From Candidatus Limnocylindria bacterium (GTDB lineage Bacteria; Chloroflexota; Limnocylindria; QHBO01), in NCBI GenBank assembly GCA_036556745.1, contig DATBIW010000090.1, positions 1,594 to 65,593 on the forward strand: a stretch of 64,000 nucleotides of DNA, read 5' to 3'. Positions within the stretch are counted from its first letter, which is position 1. Every line of letters begins with the position of its first letter. The translations under genes were made by a program, and so were the position numbers. The notes beneath the pieces are model-generated. The model worked only from the letters and a program-made list of their open reading frames with translations, ran no database searches and was not told the DNA's origin. This document shows positions 31,616 to 41,696 of this stretch, in pieces.

Positions 31616-34252
31616 ATGCTGCCACTCGCCGCGGCCGACATCCGAGAGCGCTACCAGCGCTTCTTCGAGGCGCGCGGCCACACCCGGGTCCCGCCGGCAC
31701 CGCTGCTGGCCCGCGACGACCCGACGCTCCTGTTCACGAACTCGGGGATGGTCCAGTTCAAGCGGGTCCTGACCGGCGAGGAGCAGCGCGACTACCGGCG
31801 AGCGGTGAACAGCCAGCCCTGCCTGCGGGTCGCCGGCAAGCACAACGACTTCGAGGAGGTCGGCCGCACCCCGCGCCACCAGACCCTGTTCGAGATGCTC
31901 GGCAACTGGAGCTTCGGCGACTACTTCAAGACCGAGGCCATCCATTGGGCCTGGGAGTTCCTGACCGATGAGCTCCAGATCCCCGCGGAGCGGCTGGCGG
32001 CCACCGTGTACACCGATGACGACGACGCCCATCGGATCTGGCGCGAGGAGATCGGCCTGCCCGAGGAGCGGGTCGTCCGGTGGGGGAACATCGCCGAGGG
32101 CGACGACCACAACTTCTGGCAGATGGCCGATGTGGGCCCGTGCGGGCCGTGCAGCGAGATCCATTTCGACCGGGGCGCCGAGCTGAGCGAGGGCCCGCAC
32201 TGCGTCCCGGACCACTCGGAGTCCTGCCCCCGCTGGCTCGAGTTCTGGAACCTGGTCTTCATGCAGTTCGACCGGGCGGCCGACGGGACGCTCACCCCGC
32301 TCCCGTTCCAGAGCGTGGACACCGGGATGGGCCTCGAGCGGATGGCCTCCATCCTCCAGGGCGTCGACAGCAACTACCGGACCGACCTGTTCGTGCCGAT
32401 CGTCGAGCGGCTGGCGACCGTCATCGGGCACGACCCGGAGACCGTCGAGGCCGAGCGGTTCAGCTACCAGGTCGTGGCCGACCACTCGCGGGCGATGACC
32501 TTCCTGGTCGCCGAGGGGGTCGAGCCCTCGAACGAGGGCGCCGGCTACGTTCTGCGCCGGATCATGCGGCGAGCCGTCCGGCACGGGCGCCTGCTGGGGA
32601 TCACCCAGCCGTTCCTCGGCGAGACCTGCGCGACGGTCATCGACCTGATGGCCGGCGGCTACCCGCACCTCGAGGCCGAGCGCGAGCGGACGCTGGCCGG
32701 GATCCAGGCCGAGGAGGAGCGCTTTGCCCGGACCCTCGAGGCGGGCAGCGAGCGCCTGGCCCGGCTCGTCGAGGCGGCGGGCGACGCCGGCACGATCGCC
32801 GGCGAGGAGGCGTTCCGGCTCCACGACACCTTCGGGTTCCCGATCGACCTCACGATCGAGATCGCGGCCGAATCCGGCGTCGCCGTCGACCGGGACGGCT
32901 TTGACGCGGCCATGGGCGCCCAGCGCGAACGGTCGCGCGGGGCCCGCCACGCGGGATACCGATCCGATCCCGAGCTGGCGGCCCTGGTGTCGGAGTTCAT
33001 CGGGCATCCGAACGAGACCCGGGCCGATGGGCTGACCGTCATCGGCCTGCGCCCGGCCTCCGGCGAGGAGCCCACCGCGGTCGTGCTCGACCGGACGCCG
33101 TTCTACGGCGAAGGAGGTGGCCAGATCGGGGACCAGGGCGTCCTGCTGGGACCCGATGGGCGGCTGACGGTCGCGGACACCCAGCACGACGGGACGGCGA
33201 TCGTCCACCTCGGGACGCTCGAAGGCGACCTCCACGTGGGGGACGTGGTCCAGGCCGAGGTCGATCCCGAGCGGCGGATGGCCGCGGCCCGCAACCACAC
33301 CGCGACCCATCTCCTCCACCGCGCGCTCCGGGACGTCATGGGTGAGCAGGCCAAGCAGGCGGGGAGCTGGGTCGGCCCGGAGGGCCTGCGCTTCGACTTC
33401 CCGTCCGACCGCCCGGTGCCTCGCGAGACGCTCACCCGGGTCGAGGCGATCGTCAACGAGCAGGTGCGGAACAACCTCGAGGTCACGCCCGCCTGGACGT
33501 CGCTCGACGAGGCCCGCGAGCTGGGCGCGGACATGTTCTTCGGGGAGAAGTACGTGCCGGAGCGAGTCCGGATGGTGACCTGCGGAGACTTCTCCCGGGA
33601 ACTGTGCGGCGGGACGCACCTGTCCGCGACCGGCCAGATCGGCTCGTTCCGGATCACCGGGGAGTCGAGCATCGGGGCCGGGATGCGCCGGATCGAGGCG
33701 GTCACCGGGGCGGCGGCCGAGGCCCTGATCGCCGAGCGGCTCGAGACGCTCCGGGAGGCTGCCCGCCTGCTCGGGGCGCGCGAGGACGAGGTCCCGACCC
33801 GGGTGGATGCCCTGCTGGCCCGCGTCCGCGAGGGCGAGAAGGCGCCGCGGGCGGCCGCGACGCCGCGCCTCGACGCGGCGGCCGCGCTCGCCGGGGCCCA
33901 GGAGGCGGGGGAGGCCAAGGTCATCGTCCAGCGCTACCCCGACGCCGACGCGGCCGCCCTGCGTACCCTCGTCGACGACATCCGGGGAGCGACCGGGCGG
34001 TTCGTGGCCGTCGTGGCCGGTGCCGCCGACGGGCAGCCCAACCTGGTCGTCGCCGCCAGCCGCGACCTGGCCGCCGAGGGCTTCGACGCGGCTGCGGTCA
34101 TCCGCCAGGTGGCGCCCCTGATCAAGGGCGGCGGCGGCGGCCGTGGGGAGCTCGCCCAGGCGGGCGGCTCGGACCCGGCCGGCCTCGATGGGGCGCTGGC
34201 CGAGGCGACCCGTCTCGCGCTCGAGTCGCTGCAGGCGCTCGAGACCGCGTGA
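31616..34252 (+). CDS. alaS: Alanine--tRNA ligase
   Basis: FFE.RGH..V...PL....DPTLLFTNSGMVQFK, the editing-domain motif HTATHLLH...CGGTH and a C-terminal DHHA1-like domain with GGGGG are present. Confidence 0.95.
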   Translation: MLPLAAADIRERYQRFFEARGHTRVPPAPLLARDDPTLLFTNSGMVQFKRVLTGEEQRDYRRAVNSQPCLRVAGKHNDFEEVGRTPRHQTLFEMLGNWSFGDYFKTEAIHWAWEFLTDELQIPAERLAATVYTDDDDAHRIWREEIGLPEERVVRWGNIAEGDDHNFWQMADVGPCGPCSEIHFDRGAELSEGPHCVPDHSESCPRWLEFWNLVFMQFDRAADGTLTPLPFQSVDTGMGLERMASILQGVDSNYRTDLFVPIVERLATVIGHDPETVEAERFSYQVVADHSRAMTFLVAEGVEPSNEGAGYVLRRIMRRAVRHGRLLGITQPFLGETCATVIDLMAGGYPHLEAERERTLAGIQAEEERFARTLEAGSERLARLVEAAGDAGTIAGEEAFRLHDTFGFPIDLTIEIAAESGVAVDRDGFDAAMGAQRERSRGARHAGYRSDPELAALVSEFIGHPNETRADGLTVIGLRPASGEEPTAVVLDRTPFYGEGGGQIGDQGVLLGPDGRLTVADTQHDGTAIVHLGTLEGDLHVGDVVQAEVDPERRMAAARNHTATHLLHRALRDVMGEQAKQAGSWVGPEGLRFDFPSDRPVPRETLTRVEAIVNEQVRNNLEVTPAWTSLDEARELGADMFFGEKYVPERVRMVTCGDFSRELCGGTHLSATGQIGSFRITGESSIGAGMRRIEAVTGAAAEALIAERLETLREAARLLGAREDEVPTRVDALLARVREGEKAPRAAATPRLDAAAALAGAQEAGEAKVIVQRYPDADAAALRTLVDDIRGATGRFVAVVAGAADGQPNLVVAASRDLAAEGFDAAAVIRQVAPLIKGGGGGRGELAQAGGSDPAGLDGALAEATRLALESLQALETA

Positions 34253-34668
34253 TCCCGGTGGGACGGGTGATCGGGGTCGATCACGGGACGAAACGGGTCG
34301 GACTGGCGGTCGGTGACGACGAGACCGGGATGGCGTTCCCGCGACCGGTCGTGCCCGCCGCCCGGGCGGTCGAGCGCGTGGCCGAGCTGGCGCGTGACGA
34401 GGGGACCCGAAGCGTGGTCGTCGGCCTGCCCCTGAACGCCGACGGAAGCGAGGGCTCGCAGGCCCGGACGGCCCGCGCGTTCGGCGACCGCCTGCGAGCC
34501 GCGGGGCTCGAGGTGGACTTCTCCGACGAGCGCTGGACGACCTGGGCGGCCACCGATCGGGCCGGGGCCGCCGATCGCCGTCGGACGGGGAACGCGATAG
34601 ACTCTGCGGCCGCCGCCCTGATCCTGGAGCAGTACTTCGCCGACCGGCGGCCCCTCGAGGAGACCTGA
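34249..34668 (+). CDS. ruvX: Putative pre-16S rRNA nuclease / Holliday-junction-resolvase-like RuvX (YqgF)
   Basis: VIGVDHGTKRVGLAV...VVGLPLNADGSEG......DERWTT...AA.IL. GTG 34249 overlaps the alaS TGA (GTGA). Confidence 0.85.
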   Translation: MIPVGRVIGVDHGTKRVGLAVGDDETGMAFPRPVVPAARAVERVAELARDEGTRSVVVGLPLNADGSEGSQARTARAFGDRLRAAGLEVDFSDERWTTWAATDRAGAADRRRTGNAIDSAAAALILEQYFADRRPLEET

Positions 34669-35984
34669 TGTACGACCCCTCGCTCACGCCTGCCGAGCAG
34701 GAGCAGCTCCGCAACGCGCGGATCCGCCGCCTGCGGAGCGATCGCGAGCGCAGCCAGCGAGGACGGAACGGCCGGCGGTTCCAGCCCCTCGTCCTGCTCG
34801 GCTGGATCGGCGGGGTCATCGCCCTGACGGTGGTCGTCCTCTACCTGGCGATCCTGGCCCTGTCGCCGGCGATCATGTCCTGGATCGAGGCCCGGCCGAC
34901 CCTGATTCAGAACGACCTGGTGGTCGATTTCGTCAACTGGTACGACCCCGACGCCATCGCCGACCGGCCCGCCAGCGAGACCTACGAGCGCGTCAGCGTC
35001 GAGATCCCGCCCGGCGCGACCGACTCGTTCATCGGCGAGCTCCTCGTCGAGCGTGGCCTGGTCCACAGCGAGTTGGCGTTCCACTACCAGGTCTACCAGG
35101 CCAACCGGGAGGGCGACCTCCACGCCGGCCAGTACGACCTGTCGCCGACGTTCCTGCCCTCGTTCATCATCGGCGCCCTCCGCCAGGAGTCGGGCCCGGA
35201 GGTCTCGATCACGATCCTCGAGGGCCTGCGGCTCGAGGAGGTGGTCGCCTACCTCGGCACGACCGACCTGACCATGGACCTCGAGGAGTTCCGGACCATG
35301 GTCGTCACGCCGCCGGCGGACGTCATCGCCGCCTACCCGTGGCTCACCGAGCTGCCGGCGGGCCGGACGCTGGAGGGCTACCTCTATCCCGACACGTACC
35401 GGGTCTTCGCCAACGCCACCGCGCGTGACGTGCTCGACCGCCTGCTCGCCACCTTCGACGCCCGGGTCACCCAGGACATCCGCGATGCGCTGGCCGCTCG
35501 CGGGTTGACGATCGACTACGCCGTCCGGCTGGGCTCGATCGTCGAGCGCGAGGCGGTGCTCGACACCGAGCGGCCGCTCATCGCCGGGGTCTACACGCAG
35601 CGCCTGGTGACGTCCGGCTGGACGCTGGACGCGGACCCCACGCTCCAGTGGGCCCTGGCCACGGCCGAGTACGGCGGCCTCCCGGTCGACCAGTGGGGCT
35701 CGGTCGACTGGTGGCAGCCGCTTCCCGCCGGCGGCCGCGAGGTCGTCCTCCCCGAGGAGCTCCTGCCCTACCAGAGCTACCTGAACGGCGGCCTGCCGCC
35801 GACACCGATCGCCTCGCCCCGAATCTCCTCGATCCAGGCCGCGGCCTTCCCGGACACCTCGCAGGGCTACTTCTTCTTCGTGGCGGCCTGTCCCAACGGC
35901 GTCGCCGACGGGTCGCATCGGTTCGCCGTGACGCTCGCCGAGCACGAGGCGAACATCGCCCAGGCCCAGGCGGAGTGCCCGTGA
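34668..35984 (+). CDS. mltG: Endolytic murein transglycosylase MltG (YceG-like)
   Basis: There is an N-terminal TM anchor. LEGYLYPDTY and SIVEREA (catalytic Glu region) are present. The ATG shares 1 nt with the ruvX TGA. Confidence 0.85.
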   Translation: MYDPSLTPAEQEQLRNARIRRLRSDRERSQRGRNGRRFQPLVLLGWIGGVIALTVVVLYLAILALSPAIMSWIEARPTLIQNDLVVDFVNWYDPDAIADRPASETYERVSVEIPPGATDSFIGELLVERGLVHSELAFHYQVYQANREGDLHAGQYDLSPTFLPSFIIGALRQESGPEVSITILEGLRLEEVVAYLGTTDLTMDLEEFRTMVVTPPADVIAAYPWLTELPAGRTLEGYLYPDTYRVFANATARDVLDRLLATFDARVTQDIRDALAARGLTIDYAVRLGSIVEREAVLDTERPLIAGVYTQRLVTSGWTLDADPTLQWALATAEYGGLPVDQWGSVDWWQPLPAGGREVVLPEELLPYQSYLNGGLPPTPIASPRISSIQAAAFPDTSQGYFFFVAACPNGVADGSHRFAVTLAEHEANIAQAQAECP

Positions 35985-35985
35985 A

Positions 35986-37128
35986 ATGAGCGGCCGCGAC
36001 CCGTTCGCCGCGGCCCGCCCGGCCCGCGTGGCGCGGCTCCGGGAGCTGATGGGGCGCCTGGAGCTCGACGCCATCCTCGTCCAGACCCGGACCACGAGCC
36101 GATACCTCTCCGGGTTCGTCATCCGGCGCGGCGACGAGTCCACCTCCGGCTACTCCGGCACCCTCCTGGTGACCGCCGACGCGACCGAAATCCTGGTCGA
36201 TAACCGCTATCTCGAGCAGGCCGGCGACGAGGCACCCGGCTGGGATGTCGTCCTCACCACGACACCACTGCCCGCGGAGCTGGCCCCGCGGCTGGCCCAG
36301 GCCGGCGTGCGCCGCCTCGGGCTCGAGTCCGACCGGACCCCGCACGCAACCTGGGTGGCGCTGGCGGCTGCGGCTCCCGACGTCGACCTCGTGGCCGTCG
36401 AGTCCGAGCTGCGCGACCTCCGGGTGGTCAAGGAGCCGGCCGAGATCGAGGCCATCGGTCGTGCGTGCGCGCTCGGCGACGCGGCGTTCGACTACCTCTG
36501 CGAGTCCATCCGGCCCGGGATGACCGAAAAGGGCGTCGCCCGGATGATCACCACCTGGTTCGAGGACCACGGCGCCGAGGACCTCGCGTTCGACAGCATC
36601 GTGCTGGTCGGGCCGCGGGCCTCGATGCCCCATGGGACGCCGGACGACACCGCGGTCGTGGCCGGCCAGCCGCTCCTCATCGACTTCGGGTGCCAGGTGG
36701 ACGGCTACCGCTCGGACATGACCCGGACCGTCTTCGTCGGCCAGCCGACCGACGCCGCGCGCGAGGCCCACGCGGCGGTCGCCGCCGCGCAGCAGGCCGC
36801 GCTGGCGGCCGTCGCGATCGGCGCACCCGGAACCGCGCCGCATGAGGCGGCCCAGGCGTCCCTGGCGGCCGCCGGGTTCCCCGGCGCCTTCAGCCACGGG
36901 GTCGGCCACGGGATCGGCCTCGACACCCACGAGCAGCCGTCGCTGCGGAGCCGATCGGCCTCCACGCTCGGGGCAGGGATGGTGTTCAGCATCGAGCCGG
37001 GCCTGTACCGGCCGGGCGAGATCGGGATCCGCATCGAGGACATCGTGGTCCTCGAGGAAACCGGCCCGCGATTTCTCACCCGGGCGCCACGCGAAGGCCT
37101 CGTCATCGGCCAGGCGGTGGCCGCGTGA
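35986..37128 (+). CDS. Xaa-Pro aminopeptidase/dipeptidase (peptidase M24B)
   Basis: A creatinase-like N-domain is followed by the metal ligands in LIDFG...DGYRSDMTRT, HGVGHGIGLDTHE, SIEPGLY and IRIEDIV. Confidence 0.85.
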   Translation: MSGRDPFAAARPARVARLRELMGRLELDAILVQTRTTSRYLSGFVIRRGDESTSGYSGTLLVTADATEILVDNRYLEQAGDEAPGWDVVLTTTPLPAELAPRLAQAGVRRLGLESDRTPHATWVALAAAAPDVDLVAVESELRDLRVVKEPAEIEAIGRACALGDAAFDYLCESIRPGMTEKGVARMITTWFEDHGAEDLAFDSIVLVGPRASMPHGTPDDTAVVAGQPLLIDFGCQVDGYRSDMTRTVFVGQPTDAAREAHAAVAAAQQAALAAVAIGAPGTAPHEAAQASLAAAGFPGAFSHGVGHGIGLDTHEQPSLRSRSASTLGAGMVFSIEPGLYRPGEIGIRIEDIVVLEETGPRFLTRAPREGLVIGQAVAA

Positions 37129-37685
37129 TCAGCACCGGCGAGATCCGGAAGGGCGTGGTCATCGAGCTCGACGGGCAGCCGGTGCGCGTCCTCGAGTGGA
37201 GCCACATCAAGATGGCCCGCGGCTCGGCCCAGGTTCGGCTGAAGATCCAGAACGTCCGGACCGGCGCGATCACCGAGCGGACGTTCCAGGCCGGCACCCG
37301 CTGGCCCCGCGGCCGGGTCGACCAGCGCAAGGTCCAGTACCTGTACTCCGACGGCGACGCGTACCACTTCATGGACAGCGAGACCTACGACCAGTTCGCG
37401 ATCAGCGCCGCCCAGCTCGGGGACGACGCCCGCTTCCTGAAGGAGAACACCGACGTGTTCGTCTCGTCCTACGAGGGCGAGGTCCTCGGCGTCGACCTGC
37501 CGGTCACGGTGGACCTGCGGGTCACCTCGACCGAACGCGGCTTCGCCGGGGACACGGCGACCGGCGCCCGGAAGCCGGCGACCATGGAGACCGGCCTCGT
37601 CGTCCAGGTCCCGCTGTTCGTCAACGAGGGCGACCTCCTCCGGATCGACACCCGGACCGGCGAGTACCAGACCCGGATCCAATAG
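37125..37685 (+). CDS. efp: Elongation factor P (Arg32 type)
   Basis: ISTGEIRKGVVIELDGQP...HIKMARGSAQVRLKIQN...KPATMETG. GTG 37125 overlaps the upstream TGA (GTGA). Confidence 0.95.
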   Translation: MISTGEIRKGVVIELDGQPVRVLEWSHIKMARGSAQVRLKIQNVRTGAITERTFQAGTRWPRGRVDQRKVQYLYSDGDAYHFMDSETYDQFAISAAQLGDDARFLKENTDVFVSSYEGEVLGVDLPVTVDLRVTSTERGFAGDTATGARKPATMETGLVVQVPLFVNEGDLLRIDTRTGEYQTRIQ

Positions 37686-37697
37686 GGCCGGAGACCG

Positions 37698-38942
37698 ATG
37701 GACGCGGCGCCTGAGCGATCGGCCGGCCCGCGCGTCTGGCGCGTTTCGGACCTCAACCGCCGAGTCCGCGGGCTCCTCGACGCGGACCAGTCGCTGGCCG
37801 ACGTCTGGGTCGAGGGGGAAGTGTCACAGCCGAGCTTCCCGCCCTCGGGCCATTGTTTCTTCACCCTGAAGGACGCCCACAGCCAGATCCGGGCCGTCCT
37901 GTTCCGGGAGGAGCTGGCCCGGGCCGTGGTCCGGCCCGAGCACGGCGCCCAGCTCGTGTGCCACGGGAAGGTCCGGGTCTACGAGCCGCAGGGGGTGTAC
38001 CAGCTCTACGTCGAGTCGGTCACGCCAGTCGGCGCCGGGGACCTGCACGCCCAGTACGAGGCGCTCCGCGCCCGCCTCGCTTCCGAGGGGCTCTTCGCCG
38101 AGGACCGGAAGCGGCCGCTGCCGCGCTGGCCGCGGCGGATCGGGGTCGTGACCTCCCCGGTCGGCGCGGTGTGGGACGACATCTGCACCGTGCTCCGGCG
38201 GCGGTACCCGATGGTCGAGGTCGTCCTGTCGCCGACCGCGGTCCAGGGCGGCGTCTCGGCGCCGGCCATCATCCGGGCCCTGAAGCGGGTGTACGCCGTC
38301 GGCGGCCTCGACCTGGTCATCCTGGCCCGTGGCGGCGGCTCGATCGAGGACCTGTGGGGCTTCAACGACGAGCAGGTCGTCCGGACGGTCGTCGCGGCGC
38401 CGGTCCCGGTGGTCGTCGGGGTCGGCCACGAGAGCGACGTCACGCTGGCCGACTTCGCGGCCGACCGCCGCGCGCCGACCCCATCGGCCGCGGCCGAGAT
38501 CTCCGTCCCGGACGGCACCCAGCTGCCCGCCATCCTGAACCGCCTCGGTGAGCGGGCCGGCACGGCCATGCAAGGTCGTCTCCAGGCCGGATCCCGGGCC
38601 GTCCGCGGGGAGGGCCGCGCCCTGGCCGCCCTCCAGCCCGACCTGCCGGGTGCCCGCCAGCGGGCCGCCGAGCTGCTCGACCGCTCCCACCGGGCCGCCC
38701 TCGCCGACCTCGAACGGCGACGGTTGGCCAGCGCAGGGCTCCGTGACGCGCTGCGCGCCCTCGGGCCGCTGGCCACGCTGGAGCGTGGCTACGCCGTGGC
38801 GCGCCGCGCGGATGGCATGATCGTCCGCGACCCGGCGGACGTGGCCGCCGGCGACGGCCTCGAGGTCGTCGTCGCCGGGGGCGCGCTGGACACGACGGTC
38901 ACCGCCGTTCGCCCGGGAAGCCTGGAGGAGCTCCTGCCATGA
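37698..38942 (+). CDS. xseA: Exodeoxyribonuclease VII large subunit
   Basis: An OB-fold N-terminus (VWVEGEVSQ...SGHCFFTLKD) is followed by IGVVTSP.GA...D and ARGGGS.EDLW.FN. Confidence 0.9.
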   Translation: MDAAPERSAGPRVWRVSDLNRRVRGLLDADQSLADVWVEGEVSQPSFPPSGHCFFTLKDAHSQIRAVLFREELARAVVRPEHGAQLVCHGKVRVYEPQGVYQLYVESVTPVGAGDLHAQYEALRARLASEGLFAEDRKRPLPRWPRRIGVVTSPVGAVWDDICTVLRRRYPMVEVVLSPTAVQGGVSAPAIIRALKRVYAVGGLDLVILARGGGSIEDLWGFNDEQVVRTVVAAPVPVVVGVGHESDVTLADFAADRRAPTPSAAAEISVPDGTQLPAILNRLGERAGTAMQGRLQAGSRAVRGEGRALAALQPDLPGARQRAAELLDRSHRAALADLERRRLASAGLRDALRALGPLATLERGYAVARRADGMIVRDPADVAAGDGLEVVVAGGALDTTVTAVRPGSLEELLP

Positions 38943-39226
38943 CCGACCAGCCGCTCGACGACCTGGCCCAGCGGCCCTTCGACGAGCTCGTGGCCGAGCT
39001 CCAGCGCATCGTCCAGACCCTCGAGGCGGGGAAGGTCGGCCTCGAGGAGAGCATCACCCTGTACCGGGAGGGCCTCCGCCTCCACGCCGCGTGCGAGGAG
39101 CGGCTGAAGGCAGCCGAGTTGGCGATCACCGAGCTCGGACGGCGTGGCCTGGCCGGCGCCGAGTCCGCGGAGGCGACTGCTGCCACCGGTGCGCCCGAGC
39201 CCGCCGAGGGCACGCCCGAGGCGTGA
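38939..39226 (+). CDS. xseB: Exodeoxyribonuclease VII small subunit
   Basis: FDELVAELQRIVQTLEAGKVGLEESITLYREG is the typical XseB helical hairpin. The ATG overlaps the xseA TGA (ATGA). Confidence 0.85.
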   Translation: MTDQPLDDLAQRPFDELVAELQRIVQTLEAGKVGLEESITLYREGLRLHAACEERLKAAELAITELGRRGLAGAESAEATAATGAPEPAEGTPEA

Positions 39227-39678
39227 GCGCGCGGATCAGGCAGATGACCGCTGCCGACGCGGCGGCGGTGGCCGATCTCGCCACCCAGCTGGGCTATCCG
39301 ACCGAGCCGGCGGCCATCGCCGAGCGCCTCAAACGGATTGGGACCCGGGGCGCCACCGACATCCTGCTGGTGGCCGCCGATGAGGCCGATACGCCGGTCG
39401 GCTGGGCCCACGTCGAGCTTCGGGACACGCTCGTCGCGCCGCCGGCCGCCCAGCTCATGGCGCTCGTCGTCGGGGAGGGAGCGCGGAACCGGGGCATCGG
39501 CCGCGACCTGCTGGGAGCGGCGGAGGCCTGGGCGGCCGGCCACGGCTGCTCGATCCTGATGGTCGCCACCCGGGTCACCCGGGAGGACGCCCATCGGTTC
39601 TACCGCCGCGAGGGCTACGACCTCGACAAGACCTCGCACATCTTCCACAAGGCGCTGCCGGCCGGCGACTCCCGCTGA
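39223..39678 (+). CDS. GNAT-family N-acetyltransferase
   Basis: LVVGEGARNRGIGRDLLGAAEAWA is the acetyl-CoA-binding R/Q-x-x-G-x-G/A motif, and FYRREGY is present. GTG 39223 overlaps the xseB TGA; ATG 39244 is an alternative start. Confidence 0.8.
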   Translation: MSARIRQMTAADAAAVADLATQLGYPTEPAAIAERLKRIGTRGATDILLVAADEADTPVGWAHVELRDTLVAPPAAQLMALVVGEGARNRGIGRDLLGAAEAWAAGHGCSILMVATRVTREDAHRFYRREGYDLDKTSHIFHKALPAGDSR

Positions 39679-39703
39679 AATCGGCATCCCGCGGGATCGG
39701 CCG

Positions 39704-39709
39704 TATACT
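39704..39709 (+). promoter_or_regulatory. Candidate -10 box TATACT, 10 nt upstream of dxs TTG 39720
   Basis: The cgTATACTc context is identical to the site upstream of nfeD. Confidence 0.35.
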
Positions 39710-39719
39710 CGGCCCCGCC

Positions 39720-41693
39720 TTGAGCCAGACCTCGACGAGCGTCCTCGCCCGCGTCCGCGAACCGGCCGACCTCAGATCGCTCTCCGATGCCGAGCTCGAC
39801 CAGCTCGCCACCGAGCTGCGCGAGAAGATGATCCGGACCGTCCAGAAGACCGGCGGCCACCTCGCGTCGTCGCTCGGCGCGGTCGAGATCGCCATCGCCC
39901 TGCACCGGGTCATGGACTCGCCGAACGACCGGATCGTGTGGGACACAGGCCACCAGGCCTATGCCCACAAGCTCATGACCGGGCGGGTCGAGGGCTTTGG
40001 CACGCTGCGCCAGCTCGACGGGGTGGGTGGCTTCCCGCGCCGCTCGGAGAGCGACCACGACGTCTTCGACGGGGGCCACGCCGGGACCGGCGTCAGCATC
40101 GCCGCCGGGCTCGCCGCCGCCCGCGACATGCTCCCGCCCGGCGACCCGCGTCGCAGCCAGCGGATCGCGGTGTGCGTCGGGGACGCGGCCCTGGCGAGCG
40201 GCCTGACCCTCGAGGCCCTGAACCACCTCGGCCAGACCCACGGCCGGGTGCTGATCGTGCTGAACGACAACGAGATGAGCATCAGCCCGTCGGTCGGCGG
40301 GCTGTCCACCCGGCTGAACCGGCTCCGCCTGTCCCGGGCCTACCAGGGCACGAAGTCGGTCACCGCGCGCGTCCTGCCCCGCATCCCGCTCGTCGGCCAG
40401 CCGGCGTACGACGCCCTGGCGTGGGCCAAGGAGGGCTTCAAGCGCTCGTGGGCCAAGGTCTCGTTCTTCGAGGACATGGGTATCACCTACATCGGCGTCC
40501 TCGACGGCCACGACCGGAAGGACCTGGAGCAGGCGTTCGAGTCCGCGTTCCAGATCGACCGGCCGGTCCTCATCCACGTGAAGACGGTCAAGGGGCGCGG
40601 CTACGCGCCGGCCGAGGAGGACAGCCAGGCGTTCCACGGGGCCAGCCTGCCGCCGATCGACCTGGGCCTGATCGACCCGACAGAGGAGCCGCTGCCACCG
40701 CCCGGCACCGCGGGCCACAAGCCGAAGACCTACACCCACGTCTTCAGCGAGGAGCTCATCCGGCTGGCCGAGGCCGACCCGCGGATCTGCGCGGTCACCG
40801 CGGGCATGCCCACCGGGACCGGCCTGGCCGCGTTCCAGCAGCGCTTCCCGGCCCGGTTCTTCGACGTCGGCATCGCCGAGCAGCACGCGGTCACGATGGC
40901 CACCGGCCTGGCGCTGGCCGGGATGCGCCCGGTGGTGGCCATCTACTCGACGTTCAGCCAGCGCGCGTTCGACCAGATCGTCCACGACGTCTGCCAGAAC
41001 GACGCGCCGGTCCTGATCGCCATCGACCGGGCCGGGCTGGTCGGGGAGGACGGCACCTCCCACCAGGGGATGTTCACGCTGCCGGCCCAGCGCTCGCTCC
41101 CGAACCTGGTCATCGGTTCGCCCAAGGACGAGCAGGAGCTCCGTGACCTGGTCGCGACCGCGCTGTCCCACGAAGGACCGGTCTCGATCCACTACCCGCG
41201 AGACGCCGGCGAGGACCTGTCCGACCGGCCAGGCCGCCTCCTCGACATCGGCGCCGGCGAGGTGCTCCAGGAGGGCGAGGACCTCCTGCTGGTGGGCTTC
41301 GGGCCGATCGTCCAGCGCCTCCGGGCGGCGGCCGAGGAGCTGGCCGCCGGCGGGCTGACCGCCACGATCATCAACGCCCGATGGGCGAAGCCCATGGACG
41401 CAGCGCTCATCGCGCGCCACGCGGCCGGCAAACGGCTGGTCGTCACCGCCGAGGAGAGCGCGGCGATGGGGGGCTTCGGCGATGGGGTGCTCGACGCGCT
41501 CAACCAGGCCGATGTGCGGGCTCCGGTCCTGAAGATCGCCCTGGCCGAGGGGTTCGTCGACCACGGGGCGGTGGACGACCTCCGCCGCCAGCAGCGCATC
41601 GACGTGCCGGGCATCGTCGGTCGGATCCGCGAGGCCCTCGGCCTCGAGCTCGTCGCCGCCGAGCCCCAGGCGCCGACCACCTCGGCCGCCTGA
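39720..41693 (+). CDS. dxs: 1-deoxy-D-xylulose-5-phosphate synthase
   Basis: GGHLASSLGAVE...WDTGHQAYAHK...GHAGTGVS...GDAAL.SG...E.LN (ThDP motif) and FFDVGIAEQHAV are present. Confidence 0.95.
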   Translation: MSQTSTSVLARVREPADLRSLSDAELDQLATELREKMIRTVQKTGGHLASSLGAVEIAIALHRVMDSPNDRIVWDTGHQAYAHKLMTGRVEGFGTLRQLDGVGGFPRRSESDHDVFDGGHAGTGVSIAAGLAAARDMLPPGDPRRSQRIAVCVGDAALASGLTLEALNHLGQTHGRVLIVLNDNEMSISPSVGGLSTRLNRLRLSRAYQGTKSVTARVLPRIPLVGQPAYDALAWAKEGFKRSWAKVSFFEDMGITYIGVLDGHDRKDLEQAFESAFQIDRPVLIHVKTVKGRGYAPAEEDSQAFHGASLPPIDLGLIDPTEEPLPPPGTAGHKPKTYTHVFSEELIRLAEADPRICAVTAGMPTGTGLAAFQQRFPARFFDVGIAEQHAVTMATGLALAGMRPVVAIYSTFSQRAFDQIVHDVCQNDAPVLIAIDRAGLVGEDGTSHQGMFTLPAQRSLPNLVIGSPKDEQELRDLVATALSHEGPVSIHYPRDAGEDLSDRPGRLLDIGAGEVLQEGEDLLLVGFGPIVQRLRAAAEELAAGGLTATIINARWAKPMDAALIARHAAGKRLVVTAEESAAMGGFGDGVLDALNQADVRAPVLKIALAEGFVDHGAVDDLRRQQRIDVPGIVGRIREALGLELVAAEPQAPTTSAA

Positions 41694-41696
41694 CCG

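Noticed and set aside
30962-34819. 1285-aa minus-strand ORF opposite alaS and ruvX. Similar giants occur at 7165-9129, 21261-22964, 39615-42056, 50847-53363, 47636-49132 and 11316-13013.
   Set aside because: The reasoning is the same. Each is antisense to a gene with clear catalytic motifs, is rich in R/G/P/A/D, and has no Shine-Dalgarno sequence or promoter-like element. I treat them as GC-driven artefacts.
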